Shown here: positions 1-13,899 of the stretch, one piece after another
How positions within the stretch are numbered: position 1 is the first letter of the stretch
How the letters are laid out: every line of letters begins with the position of its first letter
NCBI RefSeq assembly: GCF_009914755.1
Contig: NC_060947.1
Length of the DNA: 64,000 bases
Direction: 5' to 3' (one strand)
Origin: the human T2T-CHM13v2.0 reference genome, Homo sapiens
Position numbers and translations under genes: made by a program
The notes under the pieces: generated by a model
The model's database searches: none
Told to the model about the DNA's origin: nothing
The model's input: only the letters and a program-made list of their open reading frames with translations

Positions 1-690
1 AGACAAAAGCCTCTGCTTTGATGGAGTTTATATTTTAGTGAGGAAGACAGTCAATAAATCAATGGACACATATTTATATAAGAAAATGTCAAGTAGTGAT
101 AAGAGCTATGAAGAAAAATGATGCAGGGCAAAGGGGTAGACAATGGTGGAGAAGATTCCTATTTTAGCTTGGGACTCTGAGGAGAGAACATATAAAAGAC
201 CTGAATGAGGTGAGTGATGAGGCATTCCAAGCAGAGAGGACTAAGAGTGCCAATGCCCTGATACAGGAATGTGTTTGGCAAGTTTCAGGAATAGTAAGGA
301 GGCCAGTGTGGCTAAAGTACAGTGAACAAGGAGATGGGCATACGAGATCAGAGAGCTAGGCAGGGTCCAGATCATGTAGGGCTGTGGAGGCCATAATAAA
401 GTTGAGAGACTGCTCTAAGTAAAATTAAAAGCCAACAAAAGACTTTAATGCAGGCAGTCAGCAACAATTTATTTATTTGTTATTAAATAGTAGGTCTGTG
501 AACCCTGGTGAGGAAAATCCTGGAGGCAAGAGGAGACAACCCAGTTAGAAAGCTAGTGCAATAGACCAGGTGATGCATGATGATAGCTTGGTCCACTATT
601 AGTAATGGGAGTGAGGAGGAAGTGGTTGGATCAGGATATATTTTGAGTACAGAGCCAACATATCTGGATAGTTTGGATGTATGGTAGGAG
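1..690 (-). mobile_element. L2 LINE fragment
   Basis: Reverse complement resembles the L2 3' region (ctgtcttcctcactaaaatataaactccat...). Confidence 0.7.
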
Positions 691-699
691 ATAGTTCAA

Positions 700-975
700 A
701 GCCACCTCCTCTGGGAAGCCTTCCCTGACATTCCTTACCTTCCTACCATGGAAATCAATGTCTCTCCCTAGATACTCATGTCACTTTTCAGCTCTATAAT
801 GTTAATGACAGCATTCCATCTTCCGGCAGAGCTGAGATACCTGTTCACATCTACTACTCCCACTCGACTTAGACCTCCTCAGGGACCCTGGTGGTCATCT
901 TTGTAGTCTTTACCAGACCCTGTACGATGACTTATGCAGAATAGTTGACCAATAAATACTGGTGAGATTGAATAG
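700..975 (+). mobile_element. L2 3' end
   Basis: cacctcctctgggaagccttccctgac ... caataaatactggtgagattgaat terminus. Confidence 0.65.
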
Positions 976-1354
976 ATTAACTAAATTGAAGCTGTTTATT
1001 ATTGCTTCCAGTGTATGGTTGCAAAACTCTCCAATCATAGAATGTAAGCAGAAGAATTATTTCAACATCACCAGCTTTTAATTACTAAAGTCCATTTGAT
1101 GGATGCCTCTGCTTGAATTATTGACATCATGAGGATTAAGATGTGGTCCCTTGATTAAAAAGAAGGGTTGAGTGAGGGGCGTGGAGAGCGCCAGAGGGTG
1201 GGATATTTAATGAAGCCTTTTCTCTCAGCTCATGTTCAGCTAGTGAAGCTGTCAGGGGAAGTGAAAACTATCTAGAGGAGGATCGAGCTGATATTTATAA
1301 AAACGGCAGAAGTGAGAGGAGGCAGGGACATTTGAAGCATAAAAGTTGGAGCAC

Positions 1355-1862
1355 ATGTACCTGGATTCAAATTTTAGCTTTCTCATTTGCTACTTACGGC
1401 TCTCTGAGAAAGTGTTTAAAAAGTTGTTTCATTTGCTTTTAACTGAGATACAACTTACATACAAAAATACATAAATCTTAAGTGTACAACCTAATGAATT
1501 TTTAGAGATGTATACATCATGTACCCATCTCCTATAAAAATGTAGAACATTTCCAGCACCTCAGCAGGCTCCGATATGCTCCTTCTAGTTAGTATCCCCT
1601 GCAGAGGTAGCTACTATGATAACTTCTATTACCGTGTAGCCATTTTGTCTGTTTTTAATCTTCATGTAAACAAAATAATGCAGAATGTTCTCTAGTGTCT
1701 GGCTTCTTTCTGAGAAAGTCATTTAAACCCTTTAGGCCTCAGTTTCCTCAGTCTTTATAACAGGAATACTAGTAGTAGCAGTTATATCAAAGAGGTATGA
1801 AGATTTCATGAGATAAATCATATAAAATGCTTAGAATAGTGTGTACGGGATAAATATTAGTC
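1355..1862 (+). mobile_element. MIR split by an L1M insertion
   Basis: MIR 5' part 1355-1413 continues at 1709 (aggcctcagtttcctca). Confidence 0.65.
1414..1708 (-). mobile_element. L1M 3'UTR fragment with target-site duplication
   Basis: aactgagatacaacttacatac...cttaagtgtacaac L1M 3' end, flanked by TCTGAGAAAGT at 1403-1413 and 1709-1719. Confidence 0.7.
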
Positions 1863-2079
1863 CTTTCCTTCCATCCTTTCCTTGTAAGTTCCTACAGCTA
1901 TGATAAGCACTATTGGGCTACAAGGGAAGTATAAAGGGCAGTTGATACCCTTAAGGAACTTATAATCTAGTTAGACACAAGGATGTAATGTACTTGGTAA
2001 GCATAAAGGACAATATTAATATATTCTTAATATAATGAATATAATGATGTCAATTACTAATCCCACTGCTGAGTGAAGA

Positions 2080-2340
2080 GGAGGCAGGTGATATAGTGAA
2101 ATGGTTAAAAGATTTCAGGTTTTGAAATCTTTGGACTTGGGTTCTAGCACCAGTTTCCCCAATTACCAGCTGTGTGACTCTGGGGATGTCACATAATGTT
2201 GCTAAGCCTTAGTTTCTTTATATTTAAAATGGGAATAACACTATTTTATCTACCTCATGGGATTGCTGACAACATTGAGTGCAACATGTTAAGTGCCTGG
2301 TACAGGTCCTGAAATATAGTATACATTTAAACAGTGGTAT
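2080..2340 (+). mobile_element. MIR
   Basis: gggttctagcaccag...gctgtgtgactctggg...cttagtttctttatatttaaaatgggaataac core. Confidence 0.7.
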
Positions 2341-2721
2341 TTGCTGAGAGCTTTTTCTGCTTTGGGATACCAGGATTCAAAAAGATCCAGAGCTTTCACC
2401 CTACCAGGGTTAGCTAAGTGGCTTGCAAGGCCTCATCTACTGCAGTTGAATAAGGTGACTGCTGAAGCTCAAAGGGCCACTTCTTCATTTACCCCTCTAC
2501 AGTTCTCCAGTAGACACTTGTGGCAGTACCAGGGACCATGGAGTTAAGGACTCTGCCTCTGCCTTGGGGAGCCCCCAGACTTGCTCCTTTCTTGTTCATA
2601 AGGCTAAATATATAATGATCCAGGCCTATAGCCGGGACCCTTTGCAGCCCTCAGGCAGGAGCCATGGCTAGTTGGTCCCAGTGCAGCAATGGGGGGACTC
2701 ACTGTGATGGAGGAGTAAATA

Positions 2722-3120
2722 AACTTTTAAAAATAAAGACAATCTTTTAGGGCAGCTTGAAGTTCACAGATAAATGGACAGGAAGGTTCAGAGATCTTCC
2801 ATATACCCTCTGCTCCCACACATGCACAGCCTCCCCTGTTATCAACATTTCCTCACCAGAGTGATACATTTCTTTCAATTGATGAATCGCTACATTGACA
2901 CACCATTATCCAAAGTCCACAGTTTACGCTAGGGTTCACTCATGGTGTTGTACATTCTATGGCTTTGGGCATATGTATGATGACATGTAGTCAACATTAT
3001 AGTGCCATACAGAGTAGTTTCACTGCCCCCAAAATCTTCTGCACTCTACTTATTCATCCCACCTTCCGCCTAGTCCCTGACAACCATAGATTCTTTTACT
3101 ATTTCCATAGTTTTGCCTGA
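2722..3120 (-). mobile_element. L1MC-like 3'UTR fragment
   Basis: ccaaagtccacagtttacgctagggttcactcatggtgttgtacattctatgg is typical of the L1MC1/2 3'UTR. Confidence 0.7.
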
Positions 3121-4170
3121 GGAATGCAATTTTCATAGCCATTTTGAAACCAACATTTGAAAATCAAAATTCTTTAAACACTGTTAAGCATCACAGTGTT
3201 TTGAGAAAATATTTTCAGAATGGTTTTATGCAGTCTGCTTCCCACTGCTCAAAACAAAAGTTTTTTTAGAAAAAAACTTAAAAATCAACATGTCTTAAAA
3301 ATATTTTTCAAACCAAAACAAATGTCTCAAAAGCTATTTGCAGATATGATGATTGGTAAGATGATTCAGCCCTGAGGAATATTTTCTCTAGTGTTATTCT
3401 GATGCTTACATTTTGAGGATTTGATTTAGTCAGATTATTTTCTCAAAACTATATTTATTTTCTATCTATCCTGAAACTCAGCTAACAGACCAAAGAAATT
3501 CAAACCTTAAAGCTGCAACATGAAACATTTATTGAATAAATGAATCATTTTTTCCTTTTTGTCTTGGCTACCAGGAAACTCAGAGTTATGTTAGGTAGAG
3601 GAAACTGTTTCACCTTTGGTTCTCCCTTTCTCTACATGATTTTCCTATCATTCTTTTGATCTTTATTTATCTGCCCTATTTCTCTGAATTTTTATGTTAA
3701 TCTGTTTCAAATCGATTTTGGATGTAGATGGAACTACATCTACGGATGAATCTATGGAAAGATGCCCAGTTTCAGTAGTACTCATATAAATGCAAATTTA
3801 AAAATCCACAAAATATTGCTTAACACACATTTGAATGGCAAAGTTATAAAGCCAGATAATATTATGAGCTGATGATGATATGAGAAATCATATATTAAGT
3901 TCTGTTGGTTGGAGTGTGAAGTGGTAGAGCCACTCAGGAGAGCAATCTGAAGGTGCTTAATGAAACTAAATATGCATAAACTCTATGAATGAGTTTATAA
4001 TTCTATAACAGAACCATTAAGGGACATGTGCAAGGGTGTTTATAAAATCATTGTTTGTGATAGCACTGAAAGCAATATAGATTTCTATTACTAAAAGACT
4101 GAATAAGTAAAATGTGACATATGCACATGCTAAGAATACTATGTGAAGTCAGAACTCTAGTCAAGATACA

Positions 4171-4782
4171 CATATTAGCTCTAGCTTCCGTAATAAAATG
4201 CCATAGACTGGGTGGCTTAAACAGCAGAAATTAATTTTCTCACAGTTCTGGGGGCTAGAAGTCCAAGATTAGGGTGCTAGCATGGTTGAGTTCTGATGAG
4301 GGCTCTCTTCCCGGCTTGCAGATGATTGCTTTCTCACTGTGTCCCCACATGGCGCAGAGAGAGAGAGAGAGAGAGAGAGAGAGCTAGTTCTCTGATATTG
4401 CTTCTTATAAGGGTACAAATCCCATCATGAGGGCTCTGTAATCATTACCTCATCTAACACTTCCAAGGCCCCGTTCTAACTACCAACACATTGGGAGTTA
4501 TGGCTTCAACATATGAGTTCCGGGGGGACACAAACTTTCATTCCATAACATTTTGCCCCTAGCCCCCCAAAATTCATGTCTTTCTCACATGCAAAATATA
4601 TGCAGTCCATCTCAACAGACCCAAAAGTCTTAACTCAGTCCAGCAACAACTCTAAAGTCTTAAGTGCAAGGTATCATCTAAATATCGTCTAAATCATGTA
4701 TGAGTGAGACTCAAGGTACAATTTGTCCTGAGGCTAAATTTCTCTCTAGCTGTGAACCTGTGGAAACAGACAAGTTATGACT
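4171..4782 (-). mobile_element. MLT1A-type MaLR LTR (4171-4550) plus adjoining internal sequence
   Basis: ccatagactgggtggcttaaacagcagaaat...ctcacagttctgggggctagaagtccaagat. Contains a (GA)n run at 4357-4382. MaLR-int resumes after ccataaca. Confidence 0.8.
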
Positions 4783-5309
4783 GAACTTGTTTTGTGGTTT
4801 TTTTTTTTTTTCACTGGGATTCTGGAAAGGAGATCCTTAGAGGAACAGGGGAGAAATTGGGGATATTTTGCCTAGGGTTGAGAGATGTCTTGGCTGTCTT
4901 TAGAAGTCAGAGGATTTGTCATTTGCAGAGACAGAACTGTGCCTTAAAGCTCCAGAGAAAATCCATAGGCCATAGAAATAAGTCTTCAAAGAGATAACAT
5001 TACTTAATGGTAAAACAAATCAAAAGCACAGTAATATTAATAGTTGCTGCTTACATTTACTGATCACTTACTAGGTGCCACGCTCTGGGTTGAGCATTTT
5101 AAATTCATTATCTTAATTTGTTCTCTCAGAGATGCAATGAACTAAGTGTTCAAACCACCTCTTCAAAAAAACTGGCATAAGAAAAAAACAAAATTGACTA
5201 TATTGAAACTTTGTCCCTAGAATTTAATCAAATTAAAATGAATCTTTTCAGTAGTAGAATTGTTTTTTCCACTAGATTTCAAGGCATGAAACTCCATTAA
5301 GACATAGAG

Positions 5310-6490
5310 CATCATACTATACCAGCATCTACCACCCTTGTGATGATCATTTCCTGAACTCTAAGGACCAGCTCACAGGCTTCCTTGACACTCCAAGTTC
5401 TGTCCTCATCCTGGGTGTCCTCAACAATATACACACGAAAGTCCCACCCCAAACACCCTGGCCTCACGTCTCTCTGACCTTTAACTTCTGAGCACCTCAA
5501 CCACTCCCATTCACTTGACATCACTGGGTGTGGCTTCAACTCCAATATCCCACTGAGGCCCAAATCCCCTGATGAAGGCTGGGTCCATGCCATTTGCTCT
5601 TTGGCTTCACTGAGGGGCCAGAGCCCAAGACCTTCCTTTTCTCTTCACTTTTTTCCTTGTCCAGCCAGGATCTTGGAGCATATTTATTTAGTATTGACTG
5701 CCTCTTCTTCCCCTTGCCCTCCAATGACCACATCTGCACTATTTAGCCTCAGTTTTGAGTCTCTCCAAACTAATGATTTCTCTGATGTCATAATGGCCAC
5801 TGTGGGAGAAAGGAGCAGCACCCCAAGTATTGGTACCTCTAACAGTCAGAATTTCCAACCTCAGTTGGTCCTTCTGGCCACCCTGCAATCCTTTCACATG
5901 CCCCAAGTCACCTCTTTCTCCAGTTTTTCTCCCATCTATACTCCAAGTTTTTCATCACTCCTCTCAAAGAACAGTCCCTTTCACTCTACCCTCACCGCAC
6001 CCCATACAATGGCTAAGACTCCTAATTCATAAAGGAGATTGAAGTTAACTTCAGCTTCTTGTCCCCATACCTACAAAGGTCTCTTTGGCTTCACTAGCTC
6101 TCACTTCACATTTCTCTTTTAGTTTCAGAAGAACTGGCCCTCATCCTCTAGTTTCTCCACCTTTGCTCTGTACACCCTCCTCTAATTTTCCTCCTCCTAT
6201 CTCCCCTAGAATCTTGCTTATACTACTATCCATTCTCTTTCCTGACTCTTTATTCCCTCTCTCCCTACCAGTTCCCTAACCTCAGGTTATTCATATGCTC
6301 AACTGTCCCTCTTCTTTAGAAATCTTTTCTTGCCACCACTGTCCCCTTCATCTACTATTAAAGCTGCTCTCATCTTTTAAGTCTAAAAAATCAGTGGTCT
6401 ATACCCAATCTCAGTTTTCTCACTTCCTATTCTTTTTTCAACTCAGTGTGATCAATCATACTACTCCACTGTGCTACATTTACCATGATT
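5310..6490 (+). mobile_element. L2 internal fragment (resumes at about 11185-11575)
   Basis: C/T-rich L2-body-like sequence. A same-strand L2 3' part lies on the far side of the L1M. Confidence 0.5.
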
Positions 6491-6504
6491 ACTCTTTAGT
6501 CCTG

Positions 6505-9500
6505 CTCTTACTTTTTATTACAGTTGTATTGAAGCATATAATAAATTGCACATATTTAAAATATACATTTTGATGAGTTTTGACACACGTATACACCCAT
6601 GAAACTATCACCTCAATCAAGATAATGAACATATCTGTCACCAACAAAAGTTTCGAGATACCCTTTGGTAAACCAAACAGCCCACACACTGTCCCTAAGC
6701 AGCCATTGATCTGCTTTTATCAACACAGATTAGTTTGCATTTCCTAGAATTTTATATAAATGGATTCAGACAGGATGTACTCTTTTTTTGTCTGGCTTAT
6801 TTCACTCAAAATAATTATTTTGAGACTCATCCATGTTGTGCATGCATCAACAGTTTGCTCTTTTAAATTGCTAAGTAGCATCCCATTGTATAAATATGCC
6901 ACAATTTATTTATCCATTCTCCTGTTGATGAACATTTGGGTTGTTTACAGTTTGTGGCTGTTTTTAATAAAGCTGCAATGAGCATTTGTGGGCTAGTGTA
7001 TATGCTTTCATTTCTCTTCGGTAAATAGCTAGGAGAAGGATGAATGGGTTGTAATATAGGTATATGTTTAACTTTTTAAGAAACTGCCACATTGTTTTCC
7101 AAAGTGGATATACCATTTTATATTCCCATGAGAAATGAATGAAAATTCCAGTTGTTCCACATCCTCACCAACATTGGTATGGTCAGTCTTTTCATTTTAG
7201 ACATTCTAATGGATGTGTAATGATATCTCATTGTGGTTTTGATTCACATTTCTTTAAGGACAAATGATGTTGAACATCTTTTCATGTACATATTTGCCAT
7301 TTGTATTTCTTCTTTCGTGAAGTGTCTATTCTAATCTATTGCCTATTTTTAGTGTATTGCTTATCTTCTTATTATTGAGTTATAAAAATTCTTTATATAT
7401 TCTAGATACAAGTCCTTTATTGGATATGTGATTTGTAAATGTTTTCTCCCATCTGTGACTTGCCTTTTTATTTTACTAATAGTATTTTTTAGGAAACAAT
7501 AGTTTTTAATTTTGATGAAGTCCAATTATTGATTTTGCTTAAGTCCTCATGCTTATTGTATTCTATTTAGAAAATCTTTGCCAAATGTAAAGTCACTTAG
7601 AGTTTCTATTAAGTGTTGTGCTGGAAGTTTTATAGTTTTAGCTCTTACTTTTAAGTCTTTGATCCATTTTGAGTTAATTTTTATATATAACATGAGATAA
7701 GGGCTGAGGCCCTACTTTTTTATACGTGATCTTTCCATTGTTTCAGAAGTTTGTTGAAAAAGATTTCCCCATTAAATTGCCTTGCCATCTTTGTGAAAAA
7801 TCAAATGACCTTATATGTGTGGGTCTATTTTGGACTCTCTATTCTGTTCTATTGATATATAAGTCTGTTTTTATACCAATACTATACTATCTTGATTATT
7901 ATACCTTTACTATAAATCTTAAAACCAGGCAGTTATTCGTTTTTTATTAAAGTTATTTTTGACACATCTAGGTCCTTTGAATTCCTATGTAAATTTTAGA
8001 ATCAACTTGTCAATATCTATACAGAAGCCTACTGGGATTTTGAATGGGATTATGATGAATCTGTAGATCAATTTGGAGAAAACTGCTATCTTATCATTAT
8101 TGAGCTTTCTGATCCATAAACATAACTTTCCATTTGTTTAGGTCTTTTAAAATTTCTTTCAGCAATATTATGTACATGTTTTCCATGTTATTTGTCGAAT
8201 TTATTCCTAAGTATTTTATATTATTTGACGGTATTGAAAATAATATTTAAAATTTTTCAATTTCCTTTTGTTTGTTGCTAGGGTACAAAAATTGATTTTT
8301 GTATATTGACCTTGTATCCTGCAACCTTGCTAAACTCACTTATTACTTTTAATAGCTTTTTTGTAGATTCCTTACGATTTTCTACAGAGATGATCCTGTA
8401 GTCTGGGAATAAAATATCTTTGTTCCAAATACATATGTCTTTTATGTGTTTTCTCACCTTATTGTATTGAGTGTGGTCTCCAGTAAAATATTGAACAGAA
8501 GTGGTGAAAGTAGACACCCTTACCTTACTACTGAATCTTAGGGCAAAAGCATTCAGTCTTTCAACATTCAGTGTGATATTAGCAGCAGGTTTTCCATTTA
8601 TCAGTTTGAAGATGCTGTCTTCTATGGCAGGTTTGCATAGAAGTTTCTATTTTTAACACCAGGAATGGACATTGAATATTGTAGAACGTGTTTTTGCTAC
8701 ATTACTAAGATAATTATATGGATTTTCTTTGTTAATATGGTGAATTATTATATATTGACATTTTCAAATATTAATCCAACTTTGCAATCCTTGAATAAAT
8801 TTCACTTAACTATGATGTAGTATCTTTTAAATGTATTACTGGGTTTGATTTCATAAAATTAGTTAAACATTTTCATCTTCATGCTTGTAAGAGATATTGA
8901 TATATAGTTTGCTTTACTTGTATTGATTACAACTGGTTTTAGTCTCAGGGTAATGCTGGCTCATAGACTGAGTCGTAAAGTATTCCCTCATCTTTACATT
9001 TCTGGAAATGTTTGTGTAGGATTGGTATTATTTCTTTCTTCAATATTTGGTAAAAATGACCAGAAAAGCCGTCTGGTCCTAGAATTTTTTATGTAGAAAG
9101 GTTTTCAACTACAAATTCTTTCTTCTTGAGCGAGCTTTGATAGCTTACATCTTTTAAGAAATTTGCTCATTTCATCTAAGTTGTTGAAACTATTAGCCTA
9201 AAATTGTCTATAATATTCTTTCATTATCTGTAAAATCTGCAGTGGTATCACCTCTCTCATTCCTGATATTAGTAAATTATGTCTTCTTTCTTTTTTTTCC
9301 TGAACAGTCTGGCTAGAGGTTTAACAATTTTATTTATCTACTCAAAAAATTAGCTTTTGGTTTTGTTGATTTTCACAATTGTATTTCTGTTTTACATAAT
9401 ATTTTATTGATTTCTACCCTTAACTTTATGCCCCTCTTTCTCCTTACTTTGAGCTTAATTTGCTTTTACTTTATAGTTTCTTAAAGTGGAAGTTTAGATT

Positions 9501-11150
9501 ATTGATATGAGCCCTTTCTTCTTTTCTAATATAGCCTTTCATAGTATAAATTGTCCTCTGAGCACTACTTCATCTGCAATCTGCAAAATTGGTATTTTGC
9601 ATTATCATTTTTATTCACTTCAAAATATTTTCCATTTCTTATGAGTTCCTATTTGACCCACGGGTAATTTAAGTGTATTGTTTAGGTTTTTTTTTAAAAT
9701 ATTTGGGAACTTTTCAGATGTCTTTCTGTTACTGGTTTCTAATTCAATTCCATATTGATCAGAATATATTTGTATAATTTTACTATTTTTTTAAAGTATT
9801 CAGGTTTGTTTTATGAGCCATAATATGGTCTATCATGATAAATGTTCTATCTGTACTCGGAAAAATATTTATTCCAATACTTTGGGTGAAGTGCTCTATA
9901 AATGTCACTTCGGTCAATTTCGTTGAAAGCGCTTTTTTAGTCTTTTCCAATCTCACTAACCTTCTACTTTTCTATCATTTGTTGCTACTATAGTTTGGAT
10001 ATACCTCCAAGCCTCCTGTTGAAATTTAATCCCCGATGTTGGAAGTGGAGCCTAATGGGATGTGTTTGGGTCATGGGGGCTGATACCTCATGAATAGATT
10101 CATGTCCTCCCTGAGATGAGGGAAAGTGAGTTCTTGCCCTCTTAGTTCCCACAAAAGCTGGTTTTTAAAAAGAGCCTGGAACCTCCCCACACCTTGGTTT
10201 CTCTCTTGCTATGTGATCTTTGTACTTGCTGGCTCCCGTTCGCCTTCTGCCATGAGTGGAAGCTCCCTGAAGCCCTCATCAGGAGCAAATGCTTGCTCCA
10301 TGCTTCTTGTATAGCCTGCACAACTATGAGCCAAATAAAACTAATTCCTTTAAAAATTCCCCAGCCTTAGATATTCCTTTATAGCAACACAAAATAGACT
10401 AAGACAGAAGGGTAGTGAAATCTCCAACCATGATCGTGGATTTGTCTAAGCTCTATCAGTGTTTGCATCATGTATTTTTGAACCTCATTATATAAGATTA
10501 TTATGTATTTTTAATGAATTAACCTGTTTAACATTATGAAAAGACCCCCACTGGTCTGAAGTCTACTTTGCATGTATTGATATAGCCACTTTAGCTTTCC
10601 TGTGTCCATTGTTAGCATGGTTAACAGGTTTGTTTCAGTGCTTTTAAATATATTTTTTTTCTGATGTCTTATAACTTGCATCATTTCCAATAAGAAATCT
10701 GCTGTCTTTCTTATAATTGTCCCTCTTTAGGTAATGTGTCTTCCACCACCCACCTAACCCACCCCACTCCCAGTCCCCTTGTACTGGCTTCTTTTAAGAT
10801 TTATCTTAAAGATAAGATTTTATCTTTATCACTGATTTTAAGCAATTGGGTTATGATGTCCCTTGGTGTAGTTTTTCACAATTTTTATGCTTGGGATTTG
10901 TTGAGATTCTTAGATTTGTGGGTTCATAATTTTTATCTAATTTGAAAAATATTCAGCCATTATTTCTTAAAATATTTTTTCTGTCCTCCCTCCTCCTTTG
11001 ATGACTCTGATTATGTCTATGAGGCTGATTTCAGTGGTCTCACAGCTCATTAACACTATGTTGACATTTTTTATTTTTCCTCTCTTTGTTTAATTTTCAG
11101 GCTTCTAACGTTATGTCTTCAAATCCAGTAATCTTTTCTCTGCAAGTTCC
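6505..11150 (-). mobile_element. Long degenerate L1M (3'UTR plus ORF2 remnants)
   Basis: ORF 8278-8517 gives ESTKKLLKVISEFSKVAGYKVNIQKS, matching the L1 ORF2 RT region. L1M 3' end at about 6510. Confidence 0.9.
9986..10406 (+). mobile_element. MST-family MaLR solo LTR inserted in the L1M
   Basis: tactatagtttggat start, gagccaaataaa polyA region, atagcaacacaaaatagactaagaca end. Confidence 0.85.
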
Positions 11151-11796
11151 TTTTTCACCATTTACCCCATAAACACTGATGTTTTATCAGGGATCATTTT
11201 TATGCCACCTTTTCTTCTCGCTCTGCACACTCATACACTTCTAGGGCTTCAGTTACCATTTTTATTTTGATCACTGCCAAAACTGTATCTTTAGACCAGA
11301 CCATTCAGTATTCTAGTATTTCTGACTGCCTATTTGACATCTTCCCCTGCTTAACCCTGCACTTTAGCTTATATAGAAACTATTATCTCCTCCTGTATGT
11401 TTTATCACAGTAAATAGCAACACAAAACAACTGGTTACCCAAACATGAAACATGGGTCTCATTCAAGATCCTTTTTGAAGGCTTATATATTGTTTTAGGC
11501 ATTTATGTATACCTAGGTTTCTAGCACAATGCTTAGCATATTAAAATGCTTAGTAAATGTTTATTGATGTATAAAGTTATTTTTCCATGGGTTTAAAATT
11601 TGTAAGATTCATGGTAGGATTTGAATCTAGATTTTTATGAATTTAAATCCTTGTTTCATCCACCACGTGATATTATCTTCAAGGTAAATAGTCCAATTCC
11701 TTAAATCTTTATTTCTTGAAATTTCTCCATTCTTGTACAGTCTTTCCATGTGTATTTTAAAGTATGAGACTTTTAAGTCTGGAAATCTATAGAAAG

Positions 11797-12340
11797 TGTG
11801 GAAGTTTGTATTTTCCAAAGACAGCTACAACAATATGTCATATTCTATATGCTGTTTTGCAATGCCACTACCCCATCAAGAAGTAGAGTCTATTTCTCTA
11901 ACTTTTTGAGACTGGATGGGACCTGTGACTGCTTTTACCAATAAAATACAATAGAAGTGATGCTGTTACAGTACTTGGAATAGCTCTTAACTGCTCTGGA
12001 AATTTTCACTGATTTCTTGAAAGCCAGCCAACATGTGACTACCCTAAGACCATCAACGCTATGAAAAGCTCAAGTCATATTGAGTGGGCCTGGAGGATGA
12101 GATGTCATATTGAGGTGGGGTACAAGGTTCCAGACCTTGAGGACATGTAGGTGCAGAAGCGATCTTGAAAGTGGAGTGTCCAGTCCCAGCCCTCCAGCCA
12201 ACTCCACATGAATGAGAAACAAACCACTAGGCAAGGCCGTCTCAAATTCCTGATCCATGAAATAATGAATAACATAAAATTGTTGCTTAAGACCACTAAA
12301 TTTTGGATGGTTTGTAGCACAACAACAGATAAGCAAAATG
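11797..12340 (+). mobile_element. MLT1F/G-type MaLR LTR
   Basis: tgtggaagtttgtattttccaaag start, ttaagaccactaaattttggatggtttgtagcacaacaacagataa end. Confidence 0.75.
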
Positions 12341-13899
12341 GAAGAGAAGGAAATATGACTAACATGCCTATAATCATGGAAGGTTTAGATCAAAATCTTT
12401 TTCTCCTAAGCCCCAAAATACCAAGAAAAGGAAGTCAACCTAGAGGGTAGGAAGATTGAATAAAGACATATAAGAGACTTCCTTAATACCCTCATCAGGA
12501 AATAAATACATAGAGATTGATACACCCTTGAAATGGTAAAGAAAAACTATGTATGATTTCCAAACAGGAAACAAAAAATAGAATTGCTTTTCAATAGTAC
12601 AGATGGCAAAGAGCAAGAAGAAGATCTAGCTATTTTGGAGGGCAGAAAGAGTATTCCCCAAAGTCATGACTAGCTTGAATAATGGGTTAAATATAAAAGA
12701 ATTTAGCAGTCATTAATGAAAAGTGAGGCAATTGAGTTCAACCTGCATATGTATACAAATAATTAAAATGACCAGTGAGAAAATAATTTAGGTGCCAGTA
12801 ACTGCTCAGAGATAATAACTTCTTAAACCACATTATTAGAAGTGGAAAATTCCAAATGAAGAAGGCTGATCAGCTTTTTTTACTCAGAAAAAAACCTGGA
12901 AGATTGTCCTCAGTTATGTGAGCAATTGGGAGAATTCGAGGACACAAAGCCATACCACGTGGAGGAACTGTTGACTTTTTAGGTCTGTGTCAACCACGAA
13001 AGTCTTTGAAACTATATATTTAGATGCATTCTTGAAATTCTGAACGTCTCACGCAATTCCTTAATACCTAGTCCCAGCCTGGATCCACTGTAATGGTGTT
13101 CTTCAAATCTAACTTCATAATACTCTAACAGGGTCTGGAAAGGCAGAGCCCAGAGGGAGAATTGCTTCTGGGCTTTCTCATTGCAAGATTTGATTAAGGC
13201 AGGCTTTCCCGTAAGACTTCTGAGGTAGACTGGGGTGGGTCTTGTTTGGATGTCCCTGTTATTTCACAAACAGGAAGGATTTCCAATTTCCCACTTAGAA
13301 AGAAGAACCAGCAGGCCTGGGGTCAAGGTCAGTTGGACATGACTTCACCAGAGTTTTGCCCCGTGTGCTTGCTTTGTGATGTATGACTCATCATAATTAA
13401 ATTTTGAGCTAGATTAACTATAATTCCTGCACTTATTAGGCGATCAGTGTTTAAAGCCCTTGTAAAAGAGGATGAGCTGCTCATTCTGATAATGCAATTA
13501 ACTACCCAACAGAGCTAATATTTTATTTTAGGGAAGAGTAATTTTTGATTAATGATGCATTTTATTTCCCAAATCCCTGCAGCAGTGGGTCACATCTTTG
13601 GTGAGAAAGCCAAAGAAAAAGGGTAAAATTAGAAAACTTGGAGTGTTTGGAGGCAGATTAGTGTGGATTCTACAGAGCTGGCTGCTCTCTTGGAGCCCAC
13701 TCCCAATTCCTGAACTCCTGCTCTCTTAGGTTTACATGTACCTCAGGATTCTCCACAGCAGAATACACCTCAAGAATATTTTTGGGGAGCATAAATCTCC
13801 CTTGTTCCAATTTCTTCTTACAGAAACAGGACATAACATCAGCATTTCTGAAGTTCTTTGGCTATGAGATGCTATTTAATTCCATTATTCCCAGAGCAA

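Noticed and set aside
3721-3743. Short hairpin GATGTAG...CTACATC
   Set aside because: A 7-bp stem is too short for a pre-miRNA and is expected by chance.
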